The notes under the pieces were generated by a model. The model searched no databases, had not been told where the DNA came from, and saw nothing but the letters and a program-made list of their open reading frames with translations. A stretch of 64,000 bases of DNA. Source: Enoplolaimus lenunculus (Eukaryota). Positions 13,310 through 27,944 of the stretch are shown piece by piece (position 1 is the first letter of the stretch; the number at the start of each line of letters is the position of its first letter). Location of the stretch: assembly GCA_030248215.1 (NCBI GenBank), contig JASANG010000753.1:62001-126000 (forward strand), given 5' to 3'. Both the position numbers and the translations under genes were made by a program.

Positions 13310-14948
13310 TTAAATTTGGTTTTTAACCCTTTCTCACATGAATATTTTCAATTTCATATGAGATGTATTTCATTGTATTTTTATTGAATAATTAGAAGCA
13401 GTCATCAACGTCGCAACAAAAATTCAAAGTGATTACTTTATCTGAGCAACTAAACCATCGTGTTTTCCAACTGATATTTTACAAATTTCACAAAACCTTT
13501 TTACAGAAATTAAGGTCAAAACCAAAGCAAAAAAATGCAACAGTCTAGAATCTAAGCCCACCAGAAACTTGGACGGCCCTAGAAGTAAGATATGAACGAA
13601 AATTAATTATATTTTAATTCGGGGGAATGAGGGCACGAGCTGCATTTATCTATATTAAACCTATAGGAACTAGAGCTTTAGAACAACTTTTCTAACTAAA
13701 AAATTTCATAACAAACCCTTACCTTTTAATATCAAAAATTTTTAGAGGTGAATAACATATTTCATGACATGAAAACTAAATTTGACTTACCACATTAAGT
13801 GAGTACGATATTACTAGTTTAGCAATTCAATTGCTTATTACAAATGTTGGACCAGCACTCTCACATGGCTATAATACCGACCGGCAGTTGGTAATAGACC
13901 TTGTAAGTTTTGAATAATGAATTCTGAGCATTTGGTACAATTACTAAACTTGACGCATCCCCTCACTGTGTGCAATATTAGATCTGTAGCTGTCACAGTT
14001 CGCTTGTTTGACGACTTATTTCCAGCTAGCAATAGATGCTACACGCATTTTGAGATTACCGGCCCTAATTTCCGCCTGTCCATATTATGAATACTCGACA
14101 CAAAATAACCGTAGAATAACATTATGCAAAAAGAAACGATCAATATCATAAAACAAAAGCAACAACGAATACAAAAATATACGGAAACAAAACAGTACAA
14201 TGTATATACGCAGATCCTACACAAAATAACAACGTAACGTATCTATAAACTAAATTTAATACCCTAGAAGCAATTTTGAGCATCTAGAAACACCAGTAAT
14301 TAGACAAATTATTCAAAACATTATTACAACCGTTTGGCATCTGTTGAAAACTTCCAAGTAAACGAAAACATAAAATGAGGTGATTCCTAACAAAAATGAT
14401 TAGATATATTTAAAAAAAAATAATATAAATACAAAAATCGTTCCCGTTTCGAATAAAGGCCTCACTATAATATTTCTGAATTTTTTCCTCAAGGTTCTAA
14501 CATTAACTGGTGTTCGGTCCAAGTAACGTCTTTTCACACAAAAACTGCGAAATTTTGCTATTTTGGTTATAAACAATAGTTGTATTGTACTTTTCAACGA
14601 TAACTGTATTGCAATATAAAATACTAGAGCCGGTATCTTTCCATGAACCGGAAATCCGGTTCTACCCTGTAATGAATCGCATCATTTAATTATCTATCGC
14701 ACTGAACACGCTTTAGGTAACATTTCTATTTTCCCATTTTAATTGTCGATGCGCTTGGTGCAAAATAATAAATTGTTTACATTAATTTTAGCAACAAAAA
14801 AAGAAAGTTTAATTTAATCACGTGTTCACTGCTATTTTTCTGCGGCGGTGTTACTAGAGCTCAAAATTAGTAGCAAAAAATAATAAAAATTAAAAGATAA
14901 ACAAAAAATATCACTTAACCATTGCAACAGATGAGTACCGTTCTTCTT

Positions 14949-17900
14949 TTAGCAGCCAAGCATTGTCAAACACGCGTCCCGAGCCAACGCAACTTTGTCA
15001 TCCTTAAAAAACAAATTTGCATCATAACATAAACAAGTTACACAAAAACATAAAATGACTTTATACTCTTCTTCACCCCATCCATAAACAATGAAAAATA
15101 TTTTGCAAAAATCCACAGACTTTTTGGTGCTATCCTCCCATTGTAGTTAGTTTTTGCTTCTATCCACATTAAAATGTTAATTCGGTTTCCATACAAGCAC
15201 ACGTAACATTACATTAGACATCTCAACTTATAGCAATTAGATTTATCAGCACATGCGCAACGCGCATCTGATGTAAAAAGAAGTAAAACTAATCATCAAT
15301 AAAATTGGCAGTCAGAACTTACAATTTAGCATATTAATTCAAGCAACACACAAACACTCTATGTGTTGGCGATATCGTTTTTGACTACATTAGTGGTGTG
15401 CAGCGCAGGAATTGCCGCAGTACGGCATAACAATTTGTAAACAAAAATTTTTCGACTTGCGACTGCGACGGGCCTTCGCCTTACACATACCTTCAGATAA
15501 TCGGTAATAAAATTTCCCATCGGCATTTTGTAGTGATCTTCAAACGCGTGTTTGATTTGCGGCAGATCTTTTGTTTCACGGCTTCCACAAACGCGCAACA
15601 AAACATCAGTGTGACCTTTCTGAAATAAAAATTTCCATCTTATGTAAAAATTGTTTGACTCGCAACGTTATACGCATCACCTTATACCAACCATATCAGC
15701 CAGCAATTGCTAAAACCATTCGAACATTTTAACTAGTAAAACATCTTTCGTGCATTCTAGTCATAAATGGAAATTTTCATAATTACGTTTACAAACTTGT
15801 TTGCAGTCTCTAACACTTTAAGCTCTCTCGTACCTTAACACTGTCATGAATAATCTCAGCAAAGTAGTTTGGCTTGCTTTCGGCGACCTTATCTGGAAAT
15901 AAAGTTCAGGCGATAACAAATAAACAAAAACGTTGTTTGCCTTTAATACACTATTTTTAAGTTGACTTTCACACAAAATTCTGAGGCACTTTACATCACT
16001 GAACTATTTTCTTAATGTCGACAAATAACTACAGAAATCAAATAATGTATGCAAGAACTTTTTCAGCAGCTATTATGAGTTCATTACCTGGCTTCTCCAC
16101 AGCTTGAAAATTTCCGCCGGGGGGGTGTTTCCTGGGGCCCCCAAGGAGTTTCCTGGGGGACAGCTGATTTTGCTGGGGGCAGTTTTCCTGGGCCCCCCAG
16201 ATGATCTGGGGGGTCCTGGGGGGCAGGCTTAAAATTTTGCAAACCGACTTTTCGGACCATTTTTTCATTCTAGACCGTGTTTCCAACTCAACTGAAGATT
16301 ACTCATCGCTCAACATGACAAAAATTTCACGCAAACGCTAATAATAATTCTAACTAACTGACAACTTAACCAGAAATTGAAAGAAGCACAATTATATAAA
16401 ATATAGATAATCAATAATTGAAACTGTGATTAATATACATTTTATATTAGTCACAACTTCAGCTTATCATAAGGATAAGGCTCAGGTGGGTTGAACTTGC
16501 TGCTGCAAGATACTTTCGAATGGTGTATGCCCTGAAACGGTCTTTATATAATTGTGCTTTTTTCAGTTCATTATTGAATTATATTAGTTACTACGGGTAT
16601 TTGTAACGCTATTAAAAAATTATGAGTACTAAAGTCCTGGGGCCCCCCAGCAAAAAAATTGCTGGGAGGCGGCCGAAAATTCGCCGGGGGGCCTTTCCGG
16701 GGGGCGGCAAAATTTTCGCCGGGGAGAAAATGAAAATTTCGAAAAGTGCTGCCCCCCCCGGCTGTGGAGAAGCCAGATTACTATGGGGAGTGCATTCCGC
16801 CAAAAGCCCTCCCCCCAACTCGACATTCCCCCGTTTAAAGTGCAACCTCTGCAGATTTTGCACCTCGTTGAGTATTTTTAGCCTTAAAAACTTAGATCTT
16901 TTGGGCGTCAAACAATTTTTGTGCATATCATAACTTATTTTTCTTAAATATCCCGAGTGTGTGTTGCCACATTTACAGCTTGCGTCATATTACATACTTT
17001 ATAGGTTGTTTTCTTGCTAAATATATATTTATTGGTAAAGCCAGTGCATACTAGCAACAATTTAATAAAGTCAAGTTACATATTGCTAACGCAGCGGCTT
17101 CCGCATCGCCTCCAAATTCTTTTTTCAAACCGTCTTCGAACGTTTTTCCAGCAATTTGTGCATATTCGGACGCGATTGCACAAATTTGCGGATAACTTTG
17201 CGTTGTCAAAACACTTTCAAACGTTTCTTCGTCATGCTTTTTATCGTTCAAAATCTAAAGCATTAATAAATAATAATAAAAATAATTAAAATTTTTAAAA
17301 CGTGCTGTACATCAACTATTATGACGTTGAAATGTACAGCAAATGACTCAGTAAATAATTGTCAATCAAGCCAATAACAACAAATTACTCAAAACAATAC
17401 ACTATGATAGAGATGTTCCTGGGCCCAGCCTCAGTACAAGACCTGCGGCCAGAGGGTGATGGGGTCCACAAGAAAAAATCAGATCGTAAAACAGTAAATT
17501 CCACTTGAGCACGTTGGGAAGCTTAAATGCCGCATGGCACAGAACAATTTGTAAGCAAAATTTTTCTATCTTGTCGCGCCGTCCGGTAGCGAACGCGCCG
17601 AACGACAAGCAAAGCACCATCCTTACTTCAGCTGTTGTTCGTGCACGTCCCGGATCAGCGCGTCCTCCTTCATCTCGATTTGCCTGAAACCGAATTCAAC
17701 ACATCAAAAGTTAAAACACTGTTGTTAAACGATCTATTTAAAGTGAAATATGTGGTTGTCTAGTATACACAATAATAAATGGCGAACGTAATGTATTTAG
17801 CTAACGCTTGTATATCAGCTCAATATAACCAAACAGTGCAACATTATGCAGAAACGTTTAAAAGAATAAAACAAATTTAATTACTCCAAAAACCGAGCTA

Positions 17901-20873
17901 TTTTTTGCTAACCTTAAGAAGGCCTAGCAGCAGCGTTTTGTAGTCACCCGAAATTTCGGATTCAACATCTTCTGGCAAAGATTTACCATACCCTTAAACA
18001 ATAAAATAAATGTATGTTGTGGTGCAATACAACCCAAAACAACAATACGTAGCGGAGCAAATATTCCGAGTATCATTTCAGAACCGTAACTGCAACCCAT
18101 GAAGTGTGAACACAATTATTCTGCTATATTTAACTGACATTGCCTGGATTTCTTAAACCCTATTTAAGACCGACTTCATACATAAGTATGTGTTAAGCAG
18201 TCACTAACTAGTCTCTCGTTTCTAAAAGCGTACATAAGTTAATACTTTAGTCACTCCCAAAATTTAATAAATTAAAGTCTAACAGCACTACCATATTATT
18301 TTTACAACAATTAAAAATGTATATTTATGAAACTTTCTTAGTATAAAGCAAATCTATAGCTTCCTTGATATACCACTGGCTCACATTTTTTTTGTTTTTG
18401 CCCAAAAAATTAAGTATCTATTTCAGTCAGTGACTTAAGTAGTACTTAAGCAAGACGTAAGTAACATTTCAGAAACCCAGTCATTATGTCAACCTGAATT
18501 AATAACGTCGACTTACGAATTATTCTTAGAGACGTTTCAAGGCTAGATAATTTAGGACAAAACCTTCAAAATGTCATTATAACTAAGTCCAATATAACGT
18601 AAACTAACAATGACGATATGCATAACTAGCCAATTGCAACTCGTTGTTATCACGGGAACACAAAATCTCTGTCAGTGTTGCTTCTTTAGTGCCCAGCCCC
18701 TGAAAAATATATAAAACATTGAACATTGATTCTATTGCTGAAAACGACAATTGCCAAAAAATACTGATAACAAATTCAAAGCAAAATATATAAGCGTGAG
18801 CATCCCTGCAGCAGCTGCTTAAGCGCTTACCTTCATTGAACCAAACAATTCCTTAGCATCGTAGTCTTCTGGTAAATGCAAAAGCGCATTCAAAACATTG
18901 TCATGACCTTTAAAGGCTTTGTTAGCATCCTCCATCAGCTCCTGTAACAAAGTGTGGTAAACATCAGGGTGCGATCCGTTATCCAGTTCCGAATTCACGC
19001 TGTACCGGATATAAATTTACCGGATACCGGCACCGGTTCCGTATAGCAAGCATTACTGGAACAGTAACAAAATATAACATCTAACTTATGCAGTTTTAAA
19101 AAGGCCCCGCTACCGTAAATATTCCACATCCGCTACGTTTACACCGGATACCGGATATCCAGGCGCACTCTGCGACAGGAAATACAACTAATGCAAAAAC
19201 CCTTATAAAAACAAATAATAACAAACTATGTATATATATGATGCACTACTAAATTAGGGTGATTAGGTTTACACTTTACTTTTTACTGAAATATGCACCT
19301 AAAAACCGGCTCCGATTTTTTGGAATCCGGTCGCACCAGCTGATCCACATACACATGAAACATATAGCAGGAAATTTAAAAGTACCTATATGATTTTATA
19401 TAAGTCATGTACTTGCGACCATCAAATTCGTTTCAAACCTACCGATTTAAATAAAGCTCGATACTGACGTTTGATCTTTTGGCGCTCATCCCTACTTCGT
19501 TGCTTTAACAGGTGAACAACCTCAACCATTCCTATAACAAATCCGTCAAACGCTAACATGTACGTATATATTATATACATATATGAATAGGCACGATAAA
19601 ACGTATATATCTTATTGTTAGTTTGTAAACGGTCTATACATAAAGATATATAGTCGGACGGAAAAACCTACCAACACCACCTGGTTTTGCTCTCACCGTT
19701 CGAGCGTGAACGGGAACAGGAGCCCACTTAAAGGAACGTCCTTATTTTCTGGCTGAAACAAATCAAATCACTGAACACTTACTCCAATTTCTTCTGTTGT
19801 GATCGTGTTTCTATTGTGAAATTTATTACAATAGCATCAAATTTGTGTATAAAATGTTTCAGCATACATTACGGAACTGAAAGAGCTTGGCTTTTCACGA
19901 TGTCAAAATATCTGTTTTGTTCCAAAAGCAAGACATTTGAGTAGTAAATGTGAAATTTGTGTTTTGCGATTGAATTAAGCCGGCAGCCGAAAAAGAAAAA
20001 TCAAATGAAAAATTTGGCGCCGTTGATAAAAATTTATAGCGCTACGCAAAAACTTGGTTTATGCTATAATGTTGTTGTGCTCCAAGATTGCAGGAATCAT
20101 TAAGTCAATCGTCTGCATATAACACGCTGCTTGTGAGCGGTCCCCACCGCTGATTCCTCGCAGTAAATTCGGTTAACAGAAAAACAGGTTTTCCTCTCTG
20201 GGAGGAAACCCTAGAAATAAAAGAAAAGAAGAATGAGGAATTTCGATATGGATTAAAAACCAGTTTTTAAGATAAAATTATTGTAAGAGCAAAATAGCAG
20301 GTATTTTGCTCAGAAGAACTTGTTTGATCCTAGATTGGAATTCTTATGAATTTTGTTGGTTATTGATGCCAGTCAGTCTGTAGTTTTGTCTTGTTCTATG
20401 TGGTGACAATTTTCCGGGAAATTGGAATGAATTTTAATTGTTTTCGAATTGTTTGCTTTCCGCAGCATTAATGCTGCTTTGGTTTCTTTTTGGAATTTAG
20501 ATTTAATTTCAGCTTAGTTTTTTATTTAGTTTTCAATCATGAGTATTGAAAACTAATCGTGTTGGTATTCGTAAGTTGTATTCTTACTTGTTCGTATTAA
20601 TATGTTATCTTACTTGTTATTAAAGCTTAACCCTAGTCTTGTTTATTAGCGAGTTCGACGGGCTTCTGAGTGCTAAATCGGAGATCGAAACCCCTGTTAA
20701 GGCTGGAATTGGATGAACTCGCCCAGTCCCCTAACAATCTTAATATTTAGACCCCAGTCTATTAATATATTCCTAACTCACACTGCTTATGCGTACAGTT
20801 ACTTACCGTTATCGTCTTTAGTGTCGATAATATCTTTCAAATGTTGCGCGTCCGCTTTCGGATTAGACGACAT
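14949..20873 (-). CDS. Annexin (paralogue B), 10 coding exons, 303 aa, almost no N-terminal tail
   Basis: Exons (minus): 20807-20873, 19443-19531, 18831-18941, 18609-18699, 17913-17992, 17627-17683, 17080-17254, 15834-15892, 15491-15619, 14949-15002; all GT-AG and phase-consistent (912 nt). MSSNPKADAQHLK...MKGLGTKEATLTEILCSR...ESEISGDYK...ANRDE...YFAEIIH...MLGC*. The 91, 80, 57 and 59 bp exons match the familiar annexin exon pattern. Confidence 0.92.
16088..16777. mobile_element. Intronic non-autonomous TIR element
   Basis: Perfect 16-bp inverted termini CTGGCTTCTCCACAGC/GCTGTGGAGAAGCCAG with G/C-run subterminal repeats. Confidence 0.6.
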
Positions 20874-22384
20874 TTTGCTAACTGGCAGTTAATAGTGGCT
20901 AAACCTATACGTATGACTAAACACTGAAAACAAACAAAAATGCTCGTCAGCCACACGATATAGCATATGTGCCAATCAATTAATAAAATCCACTTCAGGG
21001 TGAAGCCGGATGGACAACAAGAATACAGGAACCGGATAATTAATATTCTTCTCAGCCTGTTGCAACCGTCCAAATGTAAAACTTATCACGGTAAACAATT
21101 CAGTAGGTTTAGGTATACGTAACTTGCAATAATTTTGTTATAATTTTGTTTCTACAAGGGTTTTGAATTAACTACTTCTTGTCATATTCATTTGCCTCAT
21201 TTTCAACAAAAGTTGCTGCAACATAGTCTGACAGTAGTAATCAACAAATATATACATTTTATCTTTTCATGCATCAATATCTGGCAATTTTGAACACCGG
21301 AGACAGATCCAAGCGTCGGTTTTTTAAGAACCGGATACCAGTCGAACCCTTGTGCCCGAGAGCGGCATGTAAGAAAATTTACCAAGTGAATTAGTGAAAC
21401 CCGCCTAGGTTCAATTATCAGCGAGATCTTTCGAACAGATGTCGTGCAGACCGTGTAGGCAGATCCGAGTATTTTTCTGCACACACAAGTAGTAGTAGCT
21501 GTAAGTCTCACAACTAAACATAAAGTTAACTTGATGCAACCAGTACTACGGCTTAGCAACACAACACAAGTAATTCAGGAGTTAAATTTAAAAAACTTCC
21601 GCAAAGGCATTACAACTGACACATGACGCACTGATGGCCGTGTTACTAGCTAACTCACTTTCTCGTAGAAGCACCTATTTCTCCAAATTTGCAATACTCT
21701 AACGAATATATAGCAAAATTGAGTGTTTGCTATTTCACTCGTGCAGGAAGCGGAAAAATATTCAAAAACAACATTCTGTTGCAGTGTTTGGGTTGAAAGA
21801 CATGACCTACGCCGACTTCTGCAGACTTAAGTCGATTTCAGATTTAATACTTCAAAAGGAGTTTCACTTGATAATCTCCGGCAGATTCAACTGTTCAATT
21901 ATAAAGTTATCACTAGAAGCTAAAAATTGCCACCGGTTTCAAAAAACCAATATATCTGGAAAAAATGAAAATTCTGGCTCTGCTGCTAATTTTACTATAA
22001 AGTCTGCATACACTATTAATCCTGGATTTCAAGACAAATTGAACTTAACCCGAGTTTATTCAACTTCCGCTATTTCATCCTTAAAGCCGTTAGTCATGAA
22101 ATCACCAGAGCAATGTTTTTATTGCCTTCCAGACTTTCAGTCGTTTAAAAAAGATCGATCTATACGTATTAATCCCAAAGCGAAGGGACTGGGATTATTT
22201 AAATATAAGGAACGGAACATTTTCTGTGGAACTGCAATAGAGCAAAGCGTAAACTTTAAACAAAATTTAAAGATTTCTCTACCTGGCCCACGCTTTTTAT
22301 CGGTGGAAGTTTCAGGTTTTTAGCCGCTGGCATACCAGAGTCGAAAATTTGTGTAAGTAGGCTAGGTATACACTTTAAGCTTTA

Positions 22385-22981
22385 TGTGGGGTTCATGTTA
22401 TAACCGGGGCTGTCAAGAAGATGGAGCTCACCTAAATTTTTTCGAGCAAGCGAAGCGAGTACGAAAATTTGCCTAACCTTTGCACGTTAATATTTTACAG
22501 CTGGCAAAAGCGCATTTTTCGAGTTAAAAATTTGACGGGCCTACATCCCCCCTATTACACTTTACCTGTGCGTTGAGAGCGAGTAAAATTGGCGGCGAAA
22601 CGTATTTAAACCAATATAACATTTGCCACTACAATGGAATATCATATGATAGTCCCCGTTTGTCCATCAGACTCGTGTGACATTGCTGTATGTCTCGCAG
22701 AATATCATATGACACTCCTAAACAGTCGTGCAGAAGTCATATGATATTTCCACAAAATTTCAAATATCATATGGTATTCCCATGGTTGTCCCACAGTATC
22801 ATATGTTACTCGCGTACTTGTATGCATTGTTTGTTTGACATCCATGATTAGTAGGTGAATGTCATATGATATTCGACTTTTGTCTGTTCACTCAGTATTG
22901 GATCTTAAAATTAGACGCTGATGTCGAATCAACATGGGACAAAGCATGTCCCTGCTGCCCGGTTATAACGTGAACCCCGCA
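22385..22981. mobile_element. PIF/Harbinger-like MITE
   Basis: TIRs TGTGGGGTTCATGTTATAACCGGG / CCCGGTTATAACGTGAACCCCGCA with TTA on both flanks; internal TCATATGA repeats. Confidence 0.6.
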
Positions 22982-23081
22982 TTAGAAGCATAAATCAACT
23001 TAAACTTTAGGTTCGTGCACCTTTTATTATGCTGAAGCATCACCTAGTCTGCATAACACTCTTAATCCCCATGCCTATCAG

Positions 23082-24681
23082 CAGAGTGGGACATTACGCG
23101 CTGGTGCCCGCGGGTAAACGCGGGTTGGGCAAAAACTTCAGCCGCCGGTAGTGTGCCCGCGGGTAAAGATTTGTATCACGCGCGTAAAAAATTCAGTTTA
23201 CCCGCGCCAAGTTTTTAAGCATTTAAGGTGCAAAATATACGCTATTGTGGGTTTTAATACTTCTGGTCAGTCGCTGTTCGGTGCTTTAGTTGGGTTTCAA
23301 ATTTAGTTATTGTCACCGTCAATTCTCAACAATTGTGTGTCGAAGATGCGGCAGAATGGCTTTTATTTAAAAAGTTGTGGAATTTTTTGTTCATTCAACT
23401 GTTTTATACAAATGGTGTTTTATAGCGCCCAGATATAAAAAAACTTTGAAAATTAGTAATTCATATAGTAAAACCTAGGGCTTGTTTGTGGTTTACAATC
23501 AAAAAATTTTAATCAAAGGCAATGGTTTGCGATATTAGAATATATACAAAACACTGGATGTAATATTGAATAGGACATTCGTGCAGCCGGCGAATGGCTC
23601 TGCTTCGGTAGATTTTCCCAATGACGCCTTGCTACTTGCTGCCTCGAGAGTACAACCGCTGTTTTTGTCGTTTGTTGGAGCAATACTCGCAGGTCAAGCT
23701 CCTATAGCTGAGTGGTGATGGTATACGCCTCCCACTCCAGTCACTGGAGTTCGAATCCTAGCATAAAAGTAGGGCTCAGGGAAAATAGAAAATATTCATG
23801 TGATATAGGGTTAAATACTATATACACTTCTAGCGTACACTTTCTCCAGTCGGAGTCTTGGTTAAAAAGTTTTTTGCGCCATATTCTGGCAATTTCGTTT
23901 CTAAAATTATCCATAATTTATTCATACATGTTATATTCAGTGAGTTCGTTTTTAAACTGGGGTAATTTTTAAACTTTGGCGGGAAATTAAAATTTTGGCG
24001 CGAAATTCAAATTTTGGCGGGAAAATTGAAATTTTGGTGCGAAATTTAAATTAGGAGGGAAAGTTTAATTTTAGCGCTTGAAAAACATAGTGCCAAAATA
24101 CTTTGCCATTTTTCTTACGTGTCCAAAAAATAACATGCAAAACCAACAAAATAATGCGGCTAATTATCTCACTTGACGCTTTTCGGCGACAAGTTTAGAC
24201 TGTAACGATAAAGTCCGACAGTTCGCGCAACTCTGTATTTAATATTAACCTAATGCGCAAACTGTGCAAAAAAATGTCCAGTTAAATGCAATAAAGCCTA
24301 TGCTGAAATTTTTTAGAGATAAAATGTCCGCATACAGTTTCGCAATATAACAGTATAGCTAACCTTTTTCAAACAGTATAGAGGTACGATGGATGTCCGC
24401 AGTACACGTATGGTAATCTGTGAGTGACAATATATAAAGGCTTCCAGTAAATGACTTGTTTCTAGTGAACTGTCATGTGTAAAATTTATTGAAGATATAA
24501 CGTAACACTTCGTTAAAGTGCGAACACCAGCGATCTTTAAAATACAGGTTTAGCTTTGGCGCCGGTAAAAGGTGAATCGCGGGTAGATCTTTTTTGCGCT
24601 GGTATGTTCGCGGGTAGAAAAATTGATTTGCGTGGGTACAGCGCGGGTCGGGTAAAAAATCGTTACCCACTTCCCACTCTG
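23082..24681. mobile_element. hAT-like non-autonomous element (about 1.6 kb) with nested piggyBac-MITE fragment (23693-23814) and short AAATTTTGGCG repeats
   Basis: TIRs CAGAGTGGGA/TCCCACTCTG, CGCGGG subterminal repeats at both ends, flanks CCTATCAG/CCTTCCAG (6/8). Confidence 0.55.
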
Positions 24682-25065
24682 CCTTCCAGTGAGCAGGCCC
24701 ATATAATTAACATGGTCCAACCTTTCTGATAAAGTGGAACTCGACCCTCAATCAATCCGAACTACTTAAGAGCACCGAATGTCGAAATATAACAAAGTGT
24801 CGGATTAATATGGCTTTTGAAAAAGACATTATTCCGGATATATCCCGGACTAACTACCCTATATCCGCATTCGAATATGAAATAATATATGTTTAAAAAT
24901 TTAACACAATAAATTCAATACATTTTTATGATTTGCTAGAAATAAGCCTATTTCAATAGTAAAATAATTGAATGACAAAGAATAAAGCATTTCTATAAAA
25001 TGTTCATTGCTTTAAACCACAGGATAACAAAAAATTGACGCGATCATGAACAATTTTTAAAACAT

Positions 25066-26232
25066 TCATTCGTTTCCAACGATCAACGCAATCAAAACAC
25101 CTTTGAAAACGTCGGCTTTTTTATCCTAAAATGTTCAAATTATATACAAATATTAGCTATAACATCTGAGAGTTACTTCAAAACTGAAACGATCACAAAA
25201 AGTGATCAAATATCATTTAACGTCATTTCGATACGAGACGCAACCAGCCCGCAGCCAAGTGGGAACCATGGGGGGCGCTCAGCACCCGCCTTTGTAAAAA
25301 TTTTAGCTCCCAACTAGAAAATTTTCGATCTTCCTTGTATTTGTAATCAGCGAAAACGCTTGTATGCCTCTCTTGAAAATTTTTTAGTTCCCTAGCCAAG
25401 ATGAGCTACTACGAGGTTGATGCACAAACCTTGTAGGTTTTCAATTCGTCTACTATATTTTTTCTTTGAGTCAAATATTTTTCTTGCTCTCACCTGGCTC
25501 GCTTGCAAAAACATCCGGTATACATGTAATTTCAGAAATGCAGCGTACGCCCTATCAGTTTCAACTGCGTATAAATTATGTAACCAGCATTAAATATCAG
25601 GGTTCACCGGAGGTGAAAAATACCGGAGCCGGAGGTCAACGAAACTTGCCGGAACCGGAGTTGAGGCGAAATTAGGTAGTAGTTAATATCAGCCAATATC
25701 TGCAATGTGTTTCTAAGTTGTTTGGTTTTACGCTAATTTTCTGTAAAATTTCAGGAAATTCTTTGCTCAAAATTGCGACAAAAGTAAAAACGAAACGCAA
25801 TGAACCGATAAAATTTGCCAAAATTATGCAAAATTTTTACTACCAAAATTGCCGAAACCTCCGGCAAAAATTCTAAAGAAGCCGGGGGGTCGGAGGCCGA
25901 TTTTCTGCCGGAGCCAGAAACAGACCTCCGGTTGCACCCTGTTAAATATACAGGCATATACCTAACAGGCATTTAACTCAACAATTTTGACAGCAACAAA
26001 GAGCCAATCAAACTGGACAGCATTTTTGAACATAATCCAAATACCTTAATATTTTTGATGAAATCCTGCAACGGAATGTTGAACATTCGTTCAAATTCAT
26101 GTCGAATCTCAACCATATCTTTCTCAGATCGACTGACAACCAGACGCAACAGCTCTTTGTAATGTTTGCCCTGTAAATCAAATAAACACTTTTGGAAACC
26201 AGCTCTAAAATCCCTATATACATATACATATA

Positions 26233-26272
<40 letters not shown>

Positions 26273-27905
26273 CTATATATATACATATATACATGTATAT
26301 GTATATATGTATATATATTATATATATTTATATATATTTATATATGTGTATATAAAGTAATGTTTAGGACCCAAATATTCTATTTTTCATTCTGGTGGCA
26401 TTGACAATGAACGCTTTTACACCATATACCATTTTTATAAACTGGACCGACCAACCTTTGTATCTGTTTGTGGTTTTAGAAATTTTTCTAAAAACCGAAT
26501 CGTTTGAAAAGATAAAATGTATTCAATGATAACGGCAATATTTAATTTAATTTTCGCAACAAACATGCGTTACGTAAACATTACAATCGATATCGAAAGG
26601 GTTTTAGAAGCTTGGATTACCGAAGTCGCTATAAAATTGGACCGTTGAAAGTTTTGTGGATTTTTTACTCGAAAAATTTAACAAGAAACATTTTGTGGAA
26701 GCCAGCTTTAAAATTAAAAATATTTCTGTAAAAAACAGGTTCGTAAATATCAATTTACCTTTGCGGCATCGTGTATTCGTTCGGCAAAATACCCTGGTCG
26801 ATTTTTGATACATTTCACTGAAAAATTTGAAAAACAAATATTATTTAGCAGGCAGTAGACACCCTAATATTAGCAAAATACTAAATTATTCATGTATATG
26901 CACTATGCAAGCTACATGTTTTTATTCCAGTACGAAATCATAGGCACATACTTATACAAACCCTACTCATAATAGTAAAAAATTCCAAAAATTTTTAAAG
27001 TCTAAACCTTTTAGCCGTTTTACTACACAGTAAATCATTGGTGAATCAAATTGACTCTCTCCGAAATACGCTCTACGGGACTACGCAAACTGAGTCAAAT
27101 TCGCCTCTGCCGAAGTCAATTTCGACTCTGCCAGAGTCAACTTCGACTCTCACCGCACGTTTGTGTCTGGCGGAGTCGAATTTGACTCTCAGTTTGTGTA
27201 ATCCCGTATAGCCTATTTCGGAGAGTGTCAATTGGACTCATAAATTTTTTGCGGTTTAGGGCCATAGCCAGAGCTGTTGAAAGGAGGTTCTTGTTTTACA
27301 AATATTTCGCCGAGGGAGATTCTTGTGTTACCAACTGAAAACACTAGCGAATCCAGAAAGGATGGATTGGCGTATGCCCCCCGTCAGTAAACGTTTTTGA
27401 TAAAATGGTAAGGTCCAATACCTTAGAATTTTGTCCCAATTAAAAAATGGCAAATGTAAAGCATACAGCAAATCTTGCGTTTCATAAACTTTAGCGAGCC
27501 CGCCCCTCAGTGTTAGAAATTTTCGGATCCGCTGCTGACAACTCCAAGATAAAATCTCAAATCAGCTGTGTTTGACCCCGTATAACATCCGCAGACTACG
27601 CACCTGAGACAATTAATATATTCCTGAAATAGGACCCCCTGAACAGTGTGGAGGTACACAATCAACAAACCCCCCAAGTCTTACCAAGTGCCAGTAAACT
27701 TTTACACGTGTTCGCTGAAAATTCTTTTTTGATCGCAACTTCAATGTCATGCCCGGACAGCGTTTTGTATTCTTGAAAAACACACTGCAGCTGAGCGTAG
27801 TTTTCGGACGATAAAATTTTGAAAAATACTTCTTCGTCAGTGCCCCATTTCTTTTCGCCGGCTTTGTATAACGCCTAAAATATAATAATAACAATAATAA
27901 TAATA

Positions 27906-27944
<39 letters not shown>

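Noticed and set aside
21727..22323. 198-aa ORF
   Set aside because: No recognisable motif, non-ATG start, no supporting splice structure; intergenic and repeat-like.
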